A stretch of 64,000 bases of DNA, from contig CM026548.1 of assembly GCA_014905635.1 (NCBI GenBank), forward strand, positions 1,426,001 through 1,490,000, given 5' to 3'. The notes under the pieces are model-generated. The model was not told the DNA's origin and searched no databases. It saw only the letters and a list, made by a program, of their open reading frames with translations. Shown here piece by piece: positions 1 to 10,976 of this stretch; position 1 is the first letter of the stretch, and each line of letters starts with the position of its first letter. A program made the translations under genes and the position numbers. This stretch comes from Scenedesmus sp. PABB004 (lineage: Eukaryota).

Positions 1-1365
1 CCCTGCCCTCGCGCCGCGCTGGCCGCAGGCGCTGTCGGGGCCGGAGCGCGACCTCGGCAGAGCGCCACGGCTCATTGCCGCCAGGCGGGAAGGCTGGTGG
101 CCTGGCCGCGCGCCGCGCGCCGCGGGGCCGCCCGGCGGCCCGCCGCCGTCCGCCGGCGTGCTGAAGGCACGCTGCAGCGGCACGCACGGGGCGCCGGGGT
201 GCGCGCCTGTCGCATGCTGCTGCTGCTGGCCGGGCCAAGGCTGGCCGGGCCAGGGCTGACCGGGCCAGGGCTGACCGAGCCAGGGCTGACCGGGCCAGGG
301 CTGCCAGGGCTGCCAGGGCCGCCAGGTCCAGCCCGTTGGCAGCGCCGGCATGCTGCCCGTGCGGTGCAGCGGGGCTGCCGGCCAGGCGGGCTGCGCCACC
401 ACCAGCCAGGGGGCCACGTGCACGCCAGGCCACGGCTGGCCGGCCTGGGGCCAGAGCGCGGCGCCGCCATGGCTGACCGGCACGGCGAGCCGCGGAGCTG
501 CCGCTGCCCAGCGTGGCTGCTGGTGTTGCCACTCCTGCCACTGCTGCTGCGGCTGAGGCACGCAGCTGCCGCAGCTGCTCGGTGAGCCAGCTGGGCGGCC
601 GGGCGCGTACGCGCACGGTGGCGTCGCGGGCGCGTGGTGCGCGGTGCCGCCGCCACCGCTGCCGCCGCCGCTGTGCCGAGGGGGCGCCGGCGGCGGGTGG
701 GCGTGCGCCTGCCCGCTGGCGGCGGCGCCCTGGCGCGCACCGTCCCAGTAACTGGCAAACTCGCGCTGGCGCGCGTACGACGAGCTGGCCGCCGCGGCCG
801 CCGCCGCGGGGCTGCCGCCGCCGCTGCTGCCACCGCGGCGCGGCCACCCGGGCGGGCGCTGGGGGTCTCGGCGCGCGCCGCTGGCGGCCAGCGACTGCGG
901 CGTGTCGGGCGCGGGCCCTGGCGACCGCGCGTGCGCGAAGCGCGGCTGCGGCAGCAGCCGCGCCAGCTCGCTCACGCGCCCGCTGGTCGGCGCGCCGCAG
1001 GAGGCCTGCCGCGCAAGCGCGCCCCAGTCCACCAGCGCCTCGCCGCCGCCGCTGCTGGCGCGCGCCGCGGCCAGCTGGCCCGCCCAGAAGGGAGCGCCCG
1101 CCGCGCCCGCCGCGCCGCCGGGCGAGCTGCCGGCGGCCGCCATCGCCGCAACGTAAGCGGCGAGCAGCTGGTCGGGCGCGCCGCGCGGGAGCTCGCCCCA
1201 GCCGAAGCAGGCCGGCGCCGGGGCCGCGCCGAGCGCGTGGGGCGAGCCGCGCGCGTGGAGCGGCGCCCGGGCGCCCTGCACCGCCAGCGCGGCGCCCGGC
1301 TGCGCGCCGGCGGGGCCGCCGGCGCTGTCGCCGACGCGGCGCCTTGGCCGCCGCGCGCGCGCCAT
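1..1365 (-). CDS. Hypothetical low-complexity protein, 3'-partial (runs off the window), with (PWPGQ)x5 and Q/W/P-rich tract
   Basis: ATG at 1365 opens a stop-free frame to the window edge (MARARRPRR...SYARQREFASYWDG...WQPWQPWPGQPWLGQPWPGQ...). It is absent from the ORF track because it has no stop. No recognisable domain. Confidence 0.5.
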   Translation of the reverse strand, partial: MARARRPRRRVGDSAGGPAGAQPGAALAVQGARAPLHARGSPHALGAAPAPACFGWGELPRGAPDQLLAAYVAAMAAAGSSPGGAAGAAGAPFWAGQLAAARASSGGGEALVDWGALARQASCGAPTSGRVSELARLLPQPRFAHARSPGPAPDTPQSLAASGARRDPQRPPGWPRRGGSSGGGSPAAAAAAASSSYARQREFASYWDGARQGAAASGQAHAHPPPAPPRHSGGGSGGGGTAHHAPATPPCAYAPGRPAGSPSSCGSCVPQPQQQWQEWQHQQPRWAAAAPRLAVPVSHGGAALWPQAGQPWPGVHVAPWLVVAQPAWPAAPLHRTGSMPALPTGWTWRPWQPWQPWPGQPWLGQPWPGQPWPGQPWPGQQQQHATGAHPGAPCVPLQRAFSTPADGGGPPGGPAARGARPGHQPSRLAAMSRGALPRSRSGPDSACGQRGARAG

Positions 1366-1618
1366 GCTGAGAGCGCGTGCTTGACACCGGGAGAACATGG
1401 GCGGCTTCTGGGCGACCCGGTCGGCTCAGGGGCGCTCGAGTGGGGTGTCGCGGTGGCTACAGCCGCTGTTGTCGTCAGCGCGGCTCTGCGCGGCGGCGCG
1501 CTCGACGACGAGTCCACCCACTGCGTGCGCGAGCTCGCTAAGTCCGCCCGGCACGACGCGCGCCGCTGCCTGTGGGGGGGGGCACTCGCGCGTTGACCGG
1601 CGCTGCTGCTCCGCCGCG

Positions 1619-2983
1619 ATGGCCGGGCTCGGCGCGCCGCCGTTCAAGCCGGCGTTCGCGGGCAAGGTGCTGGTGATTGGTACGTCGGTGCTGGCGATCG
1701 CTGCGGGGCGTGCGGGGGCTGCGCGGTGCCTTGACGCGGCGCGTGCGGCGCCGCTGCGTCGCCGCAGGCGCCTCCGACCTGGCGCCGCGCGACAGCCTGC
1801 GCGCCGAGGGCAAGGGCCGGGTGAGCAGCAGGACTGGCGCGGCCAGGCAGCCGCTGCCGCCGCCGGGCACGGCACACGCGCGCCGCCCGCGCACGCAGAG
1901 GCCGACCACCGCCGCGCGCGCGAGCGCGGCGCTCGAGGAGTATTGGGCCGCGCGCGCGGCGGGCACAGTGGGCACCGCGGGCGCGGCCGGCGGCGACCGC
2001 GTGCCCGGCGGCGAGGCGGCGCTGGCAGCCAAGACGCGCAACGCCTGTGAGCGGCGCGGCCGCGCGCCGCTCGGCTCGCGCCGCTCGGCGCCGCCGGGGC
2101 CCCACCCCGGCGCCGCCGGGGCCCCACCCGAGCGCCGCGCGCCCGCAGGCTGGCACGACAGCGTGCACCTCGCGCACGCGCCGGGCGTGGCCGCGCCGCC
2201 CTGGACCGGCACGCCCGCCGACATCGAGGACAAGGAGACCATCAGGCGCGGCGGCGGGCGGCAGCGGCAGCCGCGCCCCGGCTGCCGTCGCGTGCGGCGC
2301 TGCAGCGCTCAGCCGCCCCTCCCCCGCCTCCGCCCGCGGCCAGGACGCGCGGCATCCCCGGCTTCACCGGCAAGCAGCCGCCGCCGGGCGCAAGCCGGCC
2401 GTCGCCGCCGGCGCCCGACACGAGCGCGTGGGTCGCGGTCAACGCCTTTGACGAGCGCCGCCCGCGGACGCGCGGCATCCCCGGCTACACCGGGCACCAG
2501 CCCCCGCCGCGCCGCCAGCCCCACGCCGACCAGGGCGCCGCGGCGGCGGAGCCGCCGGCGCAGCGCGCGTCCGCCCAGCAGCCGGCGCCGCCGCCCGCCC
2601 GCCCCGGAGGCGGAGGCGCCGCTGCAGCGGGGCAGCCCGAGCCAGGCCGTGACGGCCCGGGCGGCTGCGCGCCGCCGCGCCCGCCCGCTGCCTGGCAGCT
2701 GGCGGCAGGCGGCGCGCGGCCCGGCGGCAGCAACCCCGGCTGGGGCCAGGCGCCCGACGCAGCCGACGCCAGCCCGGCGCCCGGCGTGCCCGACGCAGGC
2801 GGCGCCAGCCCGGCGCCCCGCGCGCAGGCAGCGGCGCTGCGGCGCGAGCGCGCCACGTCGTATGCGGCCGCCTTCACCCCGGTGCACGGCTTCGGGCTGC
2901 AGCAGTTCGCGCGGAGCTTGCAGGTGGCAGGCAGCCTGCGCTCGGGCGGCGACGCGCTGCCGGGCGGCGGCGCGGCGCGCTGA
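1619..2983 (+). CDS. Hypothetical protein with two TRGIPG(F/Y)TG motifs, resembling PYG-repeat ciliary microtubule inner proteins; about 5 exons
   Basis: Spliced read MAGLGAPPFKPAFAGKVLVIG...KETIR|TRGIPGFTGKQ...TRGIPGYTGHQ...VHGFGLQQF...*. Three GT-AG introns and one GC-AG intron (2246-2343) keep the frame. Confidence 0.55.
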
Positions 2984-3623
2984 CCACCGTGGTCAGCCGG
3001 GTAACGGTGCCCCAACGCGACGGCAGCCCCAAAACCACTGCCGCGGCCGCCCCGTCACTGGCTGCCGCTGCTGCCGCCGCTGCCGCCGCTGCTGCTGCCG
3101 CAGCTGCCGCTGCCGCCGCTGCCGCCGCTGCCGCCGCTGTCGCCGCTGCCGCAGCTGCCACCGTCGCGGTGCCTGCCGCTGCTGCCCCCTGCCGCGCCCG
3201 CTATCCCCAGCCCGCAGCGCCAGCAGCTGCGTTCGCCCGCCGCCAGCGGCACGCCCGCTGCCTGCACAAGCAGCTGCGTTCGCCAGAGCGCCATCGCGCC
3301 AGCCCGTGCTCGCCCCCGCGCCCCTGCCGAGTTCGCCTGCGGGTCCGGCGGCAGCAGGCCGCGCGCACGCGCGCGCGCACGCGCGTGCGCTCCGGGAGAG
3401 GGTTGCGTCGGTGCCTTTACCGACGATGCCATACGCCGCTCCGCGCGCCAACGGCGGCGCGCGGCCGCTGCCGCGCCGGGCCGGCCCCGCGGCGCGCGCT
3501 GCCGCTGCCGCGCCGCCGCCGCCGCCCGCCGCCCGGCGCCCCCGCAGCGCGCCGCGCCCGCGCCGGCGCGCGCCCGCCGCCCCGCCCCGCGCCCCCGCGC
3601 TGCTCCGCTGCTCCGCCGCCGCT

Positions 3624-4185
3624 CTACTTGAGCGGGATGAAGCGCGAGCTGTGCGTGGCGCCGATGCCGGGCCTGCCGTGCTTGACGGGCTTGTAGGAGA
3701 TGGAGAACTCGGCGAGGTAGTGGCCGACCATCTCGGGCTTCACCTCGACCTGGTTGAACGTCTTGCCGTTGTACACGCCGATCACACTGCCGATCATCTC
3801 CGGCACGATGATCATGTTGCGCAGGTGCGTGCGCACCGCCTCGGGCTTGTCGCCCGCGGCGGCGTCCTTCTTGGCCTTGCGCAGCTTCTTGATGAGGGCG
3901 AGCGGCTTGCGCTTCAGCCCGCGCTGGAACCGGCGGCGCGCGCGCGCGTGGAAGAGCTCGATGAGCTCATCGCTGTTCATGTCCAGCAGCTGGTCCAGGT
4001 CCACGCCCCTGCTCGCGCCGCGGCGCGGCGGGGGCGGCAGCAGCAGATGAGCGCCCGCGATGGCAGGCCGCCGGCGCCCCCCGCGGCCCCCGCCGCGCCG
4101 CCGCCGGTCCGCGCCGCCGCCGCGGACCCCACCTGTACGTGAACTTCCTGAACGTGCGCTTCTTGGCCTCGCCCGCGTCCGCCAT
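3624..4185 (-). CDS. RPS15: 40S ribosomal protein S15 (uS19); exons 4185-4133 and 4008-3624
   Basis: [28 protein letters not shown]...[17 protein letters not shown]...[12 protein letters not shown] is the typical eukaryotic uS19 sequence; single GT-AG intron. Confidence 0.97.
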
Positions 4186-4519
4186 GGCTGCTGAGTCGCC
4201 GCTGCTGGCCCGCAGGGGCGGCGCCGCGCCGAGGAGTGACTGGTCTGCGTGCCGCGACCGTCCAAAGGGCCGGGGCAGGGCGCCGGGCGCCGGGATGGTG
4301 AGCAGGGGTGCTTGGCGGGCGCGGTTCAGGGCGGCGCGCGATGCGGGTGCGGGCCAGCGGCCGCCCGCGCCAGCCATAACGCCCCGGCAGCGTTCCCCCA
4401 GCACGCCGCCGCGGGCGCGCGCGCCCCCGGCGCGGCGCAGCGCACCGCGGCTCGCAGCACGCTCGAGGGCCGGCACTGGGGGCTCTCTGCGTCGCCAGCC
4501 CCGCCGCCGACGGCCCACC

Positions 4520-5630
4520 ATGCTGCCCACGCGCGCGGTGGCCGGGCGGCGCTGCCTGCCGGGCGCGCGCTCCGCCGCTGGCAGCAGCGGCAGCAGCGGC
4601 GGCGCGGCGCGCGCCGCCGGCGCGGCCGCGGCCGCCGGCGCCGCGGCGGCGGCGCGCCCGGGAGCCCAGGTGTGGCACTGCGGCCTCCGGGGGACCGGCG
4701 GCCGCGGCGGCCCAGCGCTCGCCGCTCAGCGCGCCGCGCCCCTCTCCCGCCGCGCAGCAGGCGGCGCCGCGGCGCCGGGTGTTTCGCTTCCGCGACTTTG
4801 ACCTGGACCACGGCGGCGCGGCGCACCCGATGGGCACCGACGCGATGCTGCTCGGCGCGTGGGCGGCCCCGCCGCCGGGCGCGCGCGGCGTGCTCGACGT
4901 CGGCACCGGGTGCGGCGTCCTCGCGCTCATGGCCGCGCAGCGCAGCGCCCGGGACTGCGTGGTCCACGCCATCGACGTCGACGCCGCCGCGGCGGCGGCC
5001 GCAGCGGCCAACGCGGCCGCGAGCCCCTGGGCGGCGCGCGTGCGCGTCGCGGCGGCGTCGCTGCAGGACTGGGCCGCCGCCGCGGGCGCGGGCGGCGGCG
5101 ACGAAGGGCGCGGCGTGGCGCCGCTGGTTGGCGGGTACGACCTGGTCGTGACCAATCCGCCCTTCTTCGAGCGCTCCACCAAGCCCACGGCGGGGCGCCG
5201 CGCGGCGGCGCGGCACGCGGACGTGCAGCTGCCGCTCGCGGAGCTCGCGGCGTGCGCGGCGCGCCTGCTCGCGCCGCGCGGGCGCCTCGCGCTCATCCTG
5301 CCGCCGCCCGAGGCCGCGCGCTTCGTGGACGCCGCGAGCGGCGCGGGCCTGGCGCTCACCGACCGGCTGCGCGTGTTTACGCGCCCCGGCGACGCGGAGC
5401 CCAAGCGCCACATCATGGCGTTCGAGCCGCGCCCCGCGCCCGCCGGCGACGCGCCGGGCGCGCGCCCGCCGCCGCCGGCGCCGGCGCGGGACGAGGCCCT
5501 GACGGTCATGGCGACCGGGGCGCGGCCGGACGGCACGCGCGGCCTGGTGTACAGTGCAGCGTATCACGCGCTCACGGCCGAGTTCCACCACCCGACCTTT
5601 GCGGCGACCTGGGCGCCGCCGCCCGGCTGA
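4520..5630 (+). CDS. tRNA1(Val) adenine37-N6 methyltransferase-like protein (YfiC/TrmN6 family) with N-terminal extension; 2 exons
   Basis: FRFRDF...MGTDAMLLGAW, SAM motif VLDVGTGCG, catalytic NPPFF and C-terminal YS.AY..LT.EF. Intron 4670-4760 follows an Ala/Ser/Arg-rich leader. Confidence 0.8.
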
Positions 5631-5851
5631 GCGCCCCGGCGCGGCGGCGATGCTCCATCGACACGCCCACCCCACGCGCGCGCGGCGCTCCCGCCGCGCC
5701 CGACGACGCAACGCGCCCGCGCTGCCTGCCTGCCTTCCGCCGGAGAGGTGCGCAGCGCCGCGCGGGTGGCGGGGACTTGCAGGGGTTACTCGAGCCAACC
5801 GCGCCAACCGCCAACGCCGCCCGCCCGCGCGCCCGCCCCCGCGCAGGCGCG

Positions 5852-7034
5852 TCAGTCGCCGCCGCGCTCGCCCTCCAGCAGGCGCGCCACGCGCTGCTGC
5901 CGGCTGGGCCGCGCGCTCGTGTGCGTCGCGGGCCTGAACGGGCACGCCGCCGCGAGCTCCGCCGCGGCCGCGGCCGCGGCGCGCGCCTTGCGCCGCTCCG
6001 CCGCGGCGGCGGCGGGGCCCGTGCCGACGCTGAACGGGCGCGGCACGGTGCAGGCGTGGCGCGGCGGGCCGGGCGGCAGGTGCGTGAGGAACGCGCGCGC
6101 CTCGGCGTCGGCCTGCTCCTGTGCCTGGCGCGCTGCCATGGCTTTGAGCTCCATGAACCGCCCCAGGCCGCGCACGAGCACGGGGGACTGGGTCGTGTGT
6201 GTGTGTGGGGGGGGGGGGGGGGCGGGGGGCAGAGGGGCGGCGGCAGGGCGGCGGCGGCTGAGGGCGCCGCAGAGGGCGGGCGCCGCGGCGCCCCGCCGCC
6301 CGGCGGTAACCGAGAGCGCGCGCGAGCGCCCGCGAGGCGAGGGCGGCGCGCCCCGCACCTGCGCGCGCGGCGGCGGGCGCGGGCTGAGCGCGGGCGCAAA
6401 GGTGCAGGCCTGCAGCTCCTGGTACTCCCGCAGGCTCAGCGCCGCCTCGCTCCGCGCCTGCCGCCCCTGCGCGCCGCCGTGCAGGCGCCGCACGACGGCG
6501 TCAATCTCCTGCGGCGGGCGGCAGACGAGGGGGGGGGGGGGGGGGGCGTGTCTGTGAGGGCCAGCGCCGCCGGCCCGTGCACGCAGCCCTCCCTCGCCGG
6601 GCGTCCGGCCGCGCGCGCGCTCACCCCCGCCGACAGGCTGAGCCGCGCCTCCGCGGGGCTGGCGTGCTGCGGCGTGCCGGGCTTGCCCAGGTTTGGCGCA
6701 AAGGTGCACTCCGCGCGGCGCGCCGCCTCGGCCGCCATCGCGACCGCGCCGCGGCGCAGCTTGCCGCGCGTGTCGCCGTGCAGCTCGTCCAGCGGCGTCG
6801 CCTCGGCCAGCCGCCGGCTGCGCGGGTTGATCTCCGGACGGAAGGTGCACTCGCTGCTGTGCACCGCCTCGGCCAGCGCCGCGCGCGCCGCGTCCTGCGC
6901 CCGCTTGTCGGCGTACGCCAGCCGCTCCAGGCGGTCCAGGTAGCCCCCCCCCTCCTCGCCGCCGTCGCCGCCGCAGCTCGAGCCGCCGCCGCCGCCGCTG
7001 GAGCGCCTGCGGCGGCGCGGGGCGGGGCTCAGCG

Positions 7035-7120
<86 letters not shown>

Positions 7121-9187
7121 CGCGCGCACCCCAGCTCGCTGGCGCCGTCGGCGGCGCGTGGCGTGAAGGGGCAGCGCTCCGCCTCCTCCACCGCGAGCGC
7201 GAGCAGCGTGCGCTTCTCCCGCGCCAGGCGGTCAAAGTAGGCCTGGCGCTCAAGGAAGCTGCGGGGCGGCCCGGACGCCCCAGCGCGGGCGGCAGCAGGC
7301 GGGCGCGTGCGTGCGTGACGCGCGCCGCGCGCGCGGGCCGGCTGCGCCGCTGCGCCGCGCCTCGCCGCGCCGCGCCGCGCGGGCCTCTGCCGCCGCACCC
7401 GCGCGGGATCTCTCCGCTGGCCTGCAGCAGCGCGTTGCTCAGGGGGTTCACGCGCGGCGTGAAGCTGCACTCGGCCGCCGCGCCCGACAGGCTCGCCGCG
7501 CTCCTGCACGGCGCGCGGGGCGCGGCGGGGGTCGGGGCCGGGCGCGCGCAGCGTGGCGGCCTGACAGGCGCGCGGCGTGCGGCACCTCGCCCGCGCGGCG
7601 TGAGCGCGCGAGTGCGCACTTGCTGCGTCGCAGGCCCGGGCCGCGGCTGCCGCTCCTGGCGCGCCCCTGGTCGGCGCCGCCGGCGCGGTCGTTGCCCCAC
7701 GCAGCGCCGGCCGCGCCGCCGTCGCGCGGCGGGCTGGGCGCCTCCCAGCGCCCCTCGGGCGAGCGCCCGCGGCCGGGCGAGGCGCCGCCGGCGCTGCTGC
7801 GCCGCCGCGCGAGCGCGCAGGAGCGCGGGTTGAGGCGCGGCGTGAAGGGCGCCGCGTCGGCGGCCTCCGCCTCGAGCCGGCCCGCCAGCTCGGCGCGCTT
7901 CTCGTTCTTGCTGCGCAGCACCTCGCCGAGGCGCTGGTGCAGCGGGACGTACTCGTAGCCCGCCAGCAGCCGCTCGCCGGCGGCGGGGTTGGTCGCGGGC
8001 CGGAACGTGCAGCCCTGCGTCGCCGACGCGGCGAGCTCAGCGGCGGCGCGCTCGCGCCGCGCCTGGCGCTCCGCGTGCGCCGCGTGCAGCCGCTCGCTCG
8101 CGGGCACGCCCTCGGGCGACGCGCGGTGCGCGGGGCCGCGCCCCGTCCGCGGCGCAAACGAGCAGCCCGCCAGCGCCGCCTCCTCCGCGGCGGCGCGCAG
8201 CTGCTCGTACCGCCCGCGCTGCGCTGACCGGGGCTGCGCCAGCTGCTCGAGCCGCTGCTCGCGGCAGGTGGGGTAGCCGACCGGCAGCGGCGCCGCGCCG
8301 CGGCGCGGCGCCGGGCTGGGCTGGCGCTGCTGCTGCTGCTGCTGCTCGCGTTGCTGGCGGAGCCGGGGCTGCTGCTGCTGCTGCTGCCGATGCTGGAGCC
8401 ACGGCTGCGGCGCCCAGTGCACCGGGTCGTACGCGCCGTCTGCAGTGGCGGGCGGAGCGGAGCGTCGAGTGAAGCGCGCCGGCGCGCGCCGCCCGCCGCG
8501 GTCGGGCCGCCTGAGCCGCGCCGCACCTGAGCCGGCCGATGACGTGGGGCTCGTGGTGGCGGCGTAGCCGTCGCAGTCGGCAAACGAGGGCTCGCCGCTC
8601 GGCGCGGGCCCCGCGACGGCTGCCTGCGCGCCCCATGGTCGGCTCGCGTCCAGCGGGCGCAGCGCCGGCGACTGCGCCCGGTCGTCGCAGCGCTGCCGCC
8701 ACGGCTGCGCCTGCGCGCCGGGCTGCCGCCACTGCTGCTGCGTGGTGTGCTCGTGCTGGAGCGGCGCGCCGGCCGCCGCGGCGCCGTGCAGCGACGCGAG
8801 GCTGCGCGTGCTGCCGGGCGACAGCAGGTCGTCCACCGAGCCCTGTGCCTGCAGGCGCGCCGCGCCGCCTGCTCGCGTGCACGGTGGCGGCGAAGGGGCG
8901 CGTCAGGCGGCCGCCGGGCGGTGCGCGCCCCGCGTGCGGCGCTCGAGCGCACGGGCCAGCCTGGCGGAGGCAGGCGTGCCGCGATCACCGGACCCAGCCC
9001 CACCTGCCCGTGCCACCGCACGCTGGCGCAGCAGCTCCTGCAGGCGCTGCGCGCGCAGCGCGTCCTCCCCGCCGCCGCCGGCGCTGTCCCGCGCGCCCCC
9101 GCCGCCGCTGCTGCGGCCGCGCCGCTCCGCCAGGAGCTTGGCAACGGCCGCTGCGCGCTGGTCGTCGCTCAGGGTCGACGACGCCAT
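5852..9187 (-). CDS. Hypothetical multi-exon protein with repeated (E)C(T/S/P)FxP motifs, possibly cytoskeleton-associated
   Basis: Start MASSTLSDDQRAAAVAKLL. Exons contain GCSFAP, GCTFRP, ECSFTP, RCPFTP, ECTFRP, ECTFAP, ACTFAP and ACPFRP, plus TVPRPF; stop at 5852. Confidence 0.65.
7037..7115 (+). repeat. (GCGGGC)n hexamer microsatellite in an intron
   Basis: About 13 perfect copies are visible. Confidence 0.9.
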
Positions 9188-9564
9188 GGCGTGCGCGCGC
9201 CGAGCGGGGCCGGGCCGTTTCCCCCGGGCGGGCTCCTCTGACTCGCGCGCTCGGCCCGTGCAGCCGGTGCCAGCGCGACGCGCGCCAGGGGCGGCGTCCG
9301 GGGCAGCGGCCGGCGTCCGGGGAGCCGGTTTCGGGAGGGCCGACCGCCGAGTTGAACACAGCGGGGTTCGGGGGCCGCGTGCCGCGCGCGGGACCTCCCA
9401 GCGCACCGCCAGCCCACCCACAACGCCCAGCCGCCGCGGAACCGCTGCTGCCGCCGCCGACCGCTGCCGCTGCCGCCGCTGCTTGCCGACCGCCGCCGCC
9501 GCTGCTTGCCGACCGCCGCCGGCGCTGCTTGCCGCTCGCACACAGCGAGGCCGCGTCTGGGCCC

Positions 9565-10530
9565 ATGTGGCCGGCCGTCGGCGCCGGCCTGGGCCCGGGC
9601 GGGCTGCCGGCGGCCGTGCTGCTCGGGGGCGGCGGCGCGCTGCCCCCGCCGCAGCCGGCGGTGCTGTCGGTGCACGACCGCACGGTGCGCGCGGCCGCCG
9701 TGTCGCCGGGAGGGGGCGCCAGGGGTGGCGCGCGCGGGCGGTCTGGGGCGCGGGTCCGCCGGGCCCGCGGCGCGCGGGGGCGGGGGTGCGGCGGCGGCAG
9801 CGGCGGCCCGCCGAGCCCGCGTGCGCCATGCCCCGCCGCCGCCGCCGCCGCCGCCACCGCCGCCGCTGCCGGCGCAGGTGTTTGTCGAGAACAGCGAGGC
9901 CCCGCCGCCGGGCTACGTCCTCGCGCGGCGCTGGGCGCGCAGCGACCTGGACGCCGACGTCGAGGGCCTGCCCGCGCAGCCGAGCGGCGTCGCGCTGCCG
10001 CGGCCGCGCCCCGCGCCGGAGGGCTCGCCGCCGCGTCCGGCGCCGTTCCCGGACGACTCGCAGGACTACGACCCGGAGGTGCGGGCGCGGCGCGGCGCGC
10101 GCGGCGGCGGCGTGCAGGGGAGGGGGCCTGCGGCGCGCGGGCCGCGGCGCGCCGTCGCCGCGAGCTCGGCCGCGCCGGGCCGCGCTGGTCGCAGGAGTCG
10201 GTGTTCTTGCTGAAGTGCCACTGGGAGGCCGTGCGGCGCCACGACACGGCGGCGCGCGCCGCGCGCGTGGGGCGCTTCGACGAGCGCCTCGCACAGCTGC
10301 TCGGCGGCGCAGCGGCGCGCGCTGGGGCGGCGGCGCAGGGGCCGCAGCAGCCGGGGCCGCCGCAGCAGGCACTGCAGCTGCAGGCACTGCAGCAGCAGGA
10401 GCCGCAGCAGCAGGCGCTGCTGGAGGTGAAGCAGGAGCCGCAGGAGGCGCCGGCGGGCGCGCTGCAGCCCGCCGCGGCCGAGGTCGCCGCGTCGCAGACG
10501 GCGCCGGCGGTCGAGCCCGGCGGCGGCTGA
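9565..10530 (+). CDS. LIN37-like protein (DREAM/MuvB subunit candidate); 3 exons
   Basis: GYVLARRWARSD...LPRP...LLKCHWEAVRRHDTAARAARVGRFDERLAQLL fits the LIN37 pattern (Y.L.R.W; W..VR...R..R(F/Y)...L..L). GT-AG introns keep the frame. Confidence 0.5.
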   Translation: MWPAVGAGLGPGGLPAAVLLGGGGALPPPQPAVLSVHDRTVRAAAVSPGGGARGGARGRSGARVRRARGARGRGCGGGSGGPPSPRAPCPAAAAAAATAAAAGAGVCREQRGPAAGLRPRAALGAQRPGRRRRGPARAAERRRAAAAAPRAGGLAAASGAVPGRLAGLRPGGAGAARRARRRRAGEGACGARAAARRRRELGRAGPRWSQESVFLLKCHWEAVRRHDTAARAARVGRFDERLAQLLGGAAARAGAAAQGPQQPGPPQQALQLQALQQQEPQQQALLEVKQEPQEAPAGALQPAAAEVAASQTAPAVEPGGG

Positions 10531-10976
10531 CGGTCAGGGTGTGGCGGCAGCACGGCGGCAGCACCTGCAACGAGCCTGTGACACCCCCATCGGCAGCCAC
10601 GCGGACGCGCGCACTCGGCTCGGCGGCGCGCCAGCGGTCACCCGGCCGCCCGCCGGCAGCGAACGCAACAGCGCGGCGCGCGCGCGTCCGCCGCGCGCAC
10701 AACGACCGCATCCCCCGAGCTCCGCGCGGTCTCAGGCGCTGCCGTCCGCACGCGGCCCCGCAGCAGCAGCCCTTCCCGCGAGAACCACTTGCCCGCGCGC
10801 CTGTTGGGGTTGCCCAGCGAGCCAGGGCCGTGGGAAGGGCCTGAACGTGCGCCCTGGGCGCGGCGTGGCGGCGTGGCGCGGGGCGCAGCCGCGGCGGGCG
10901 CCGGCGCGGCTGACAGCGCCGCTGCTCTCGCGCTGCCCACGCGGCGCGCGCCGGCTGGCGCGCTGGCGGTGGGGAC

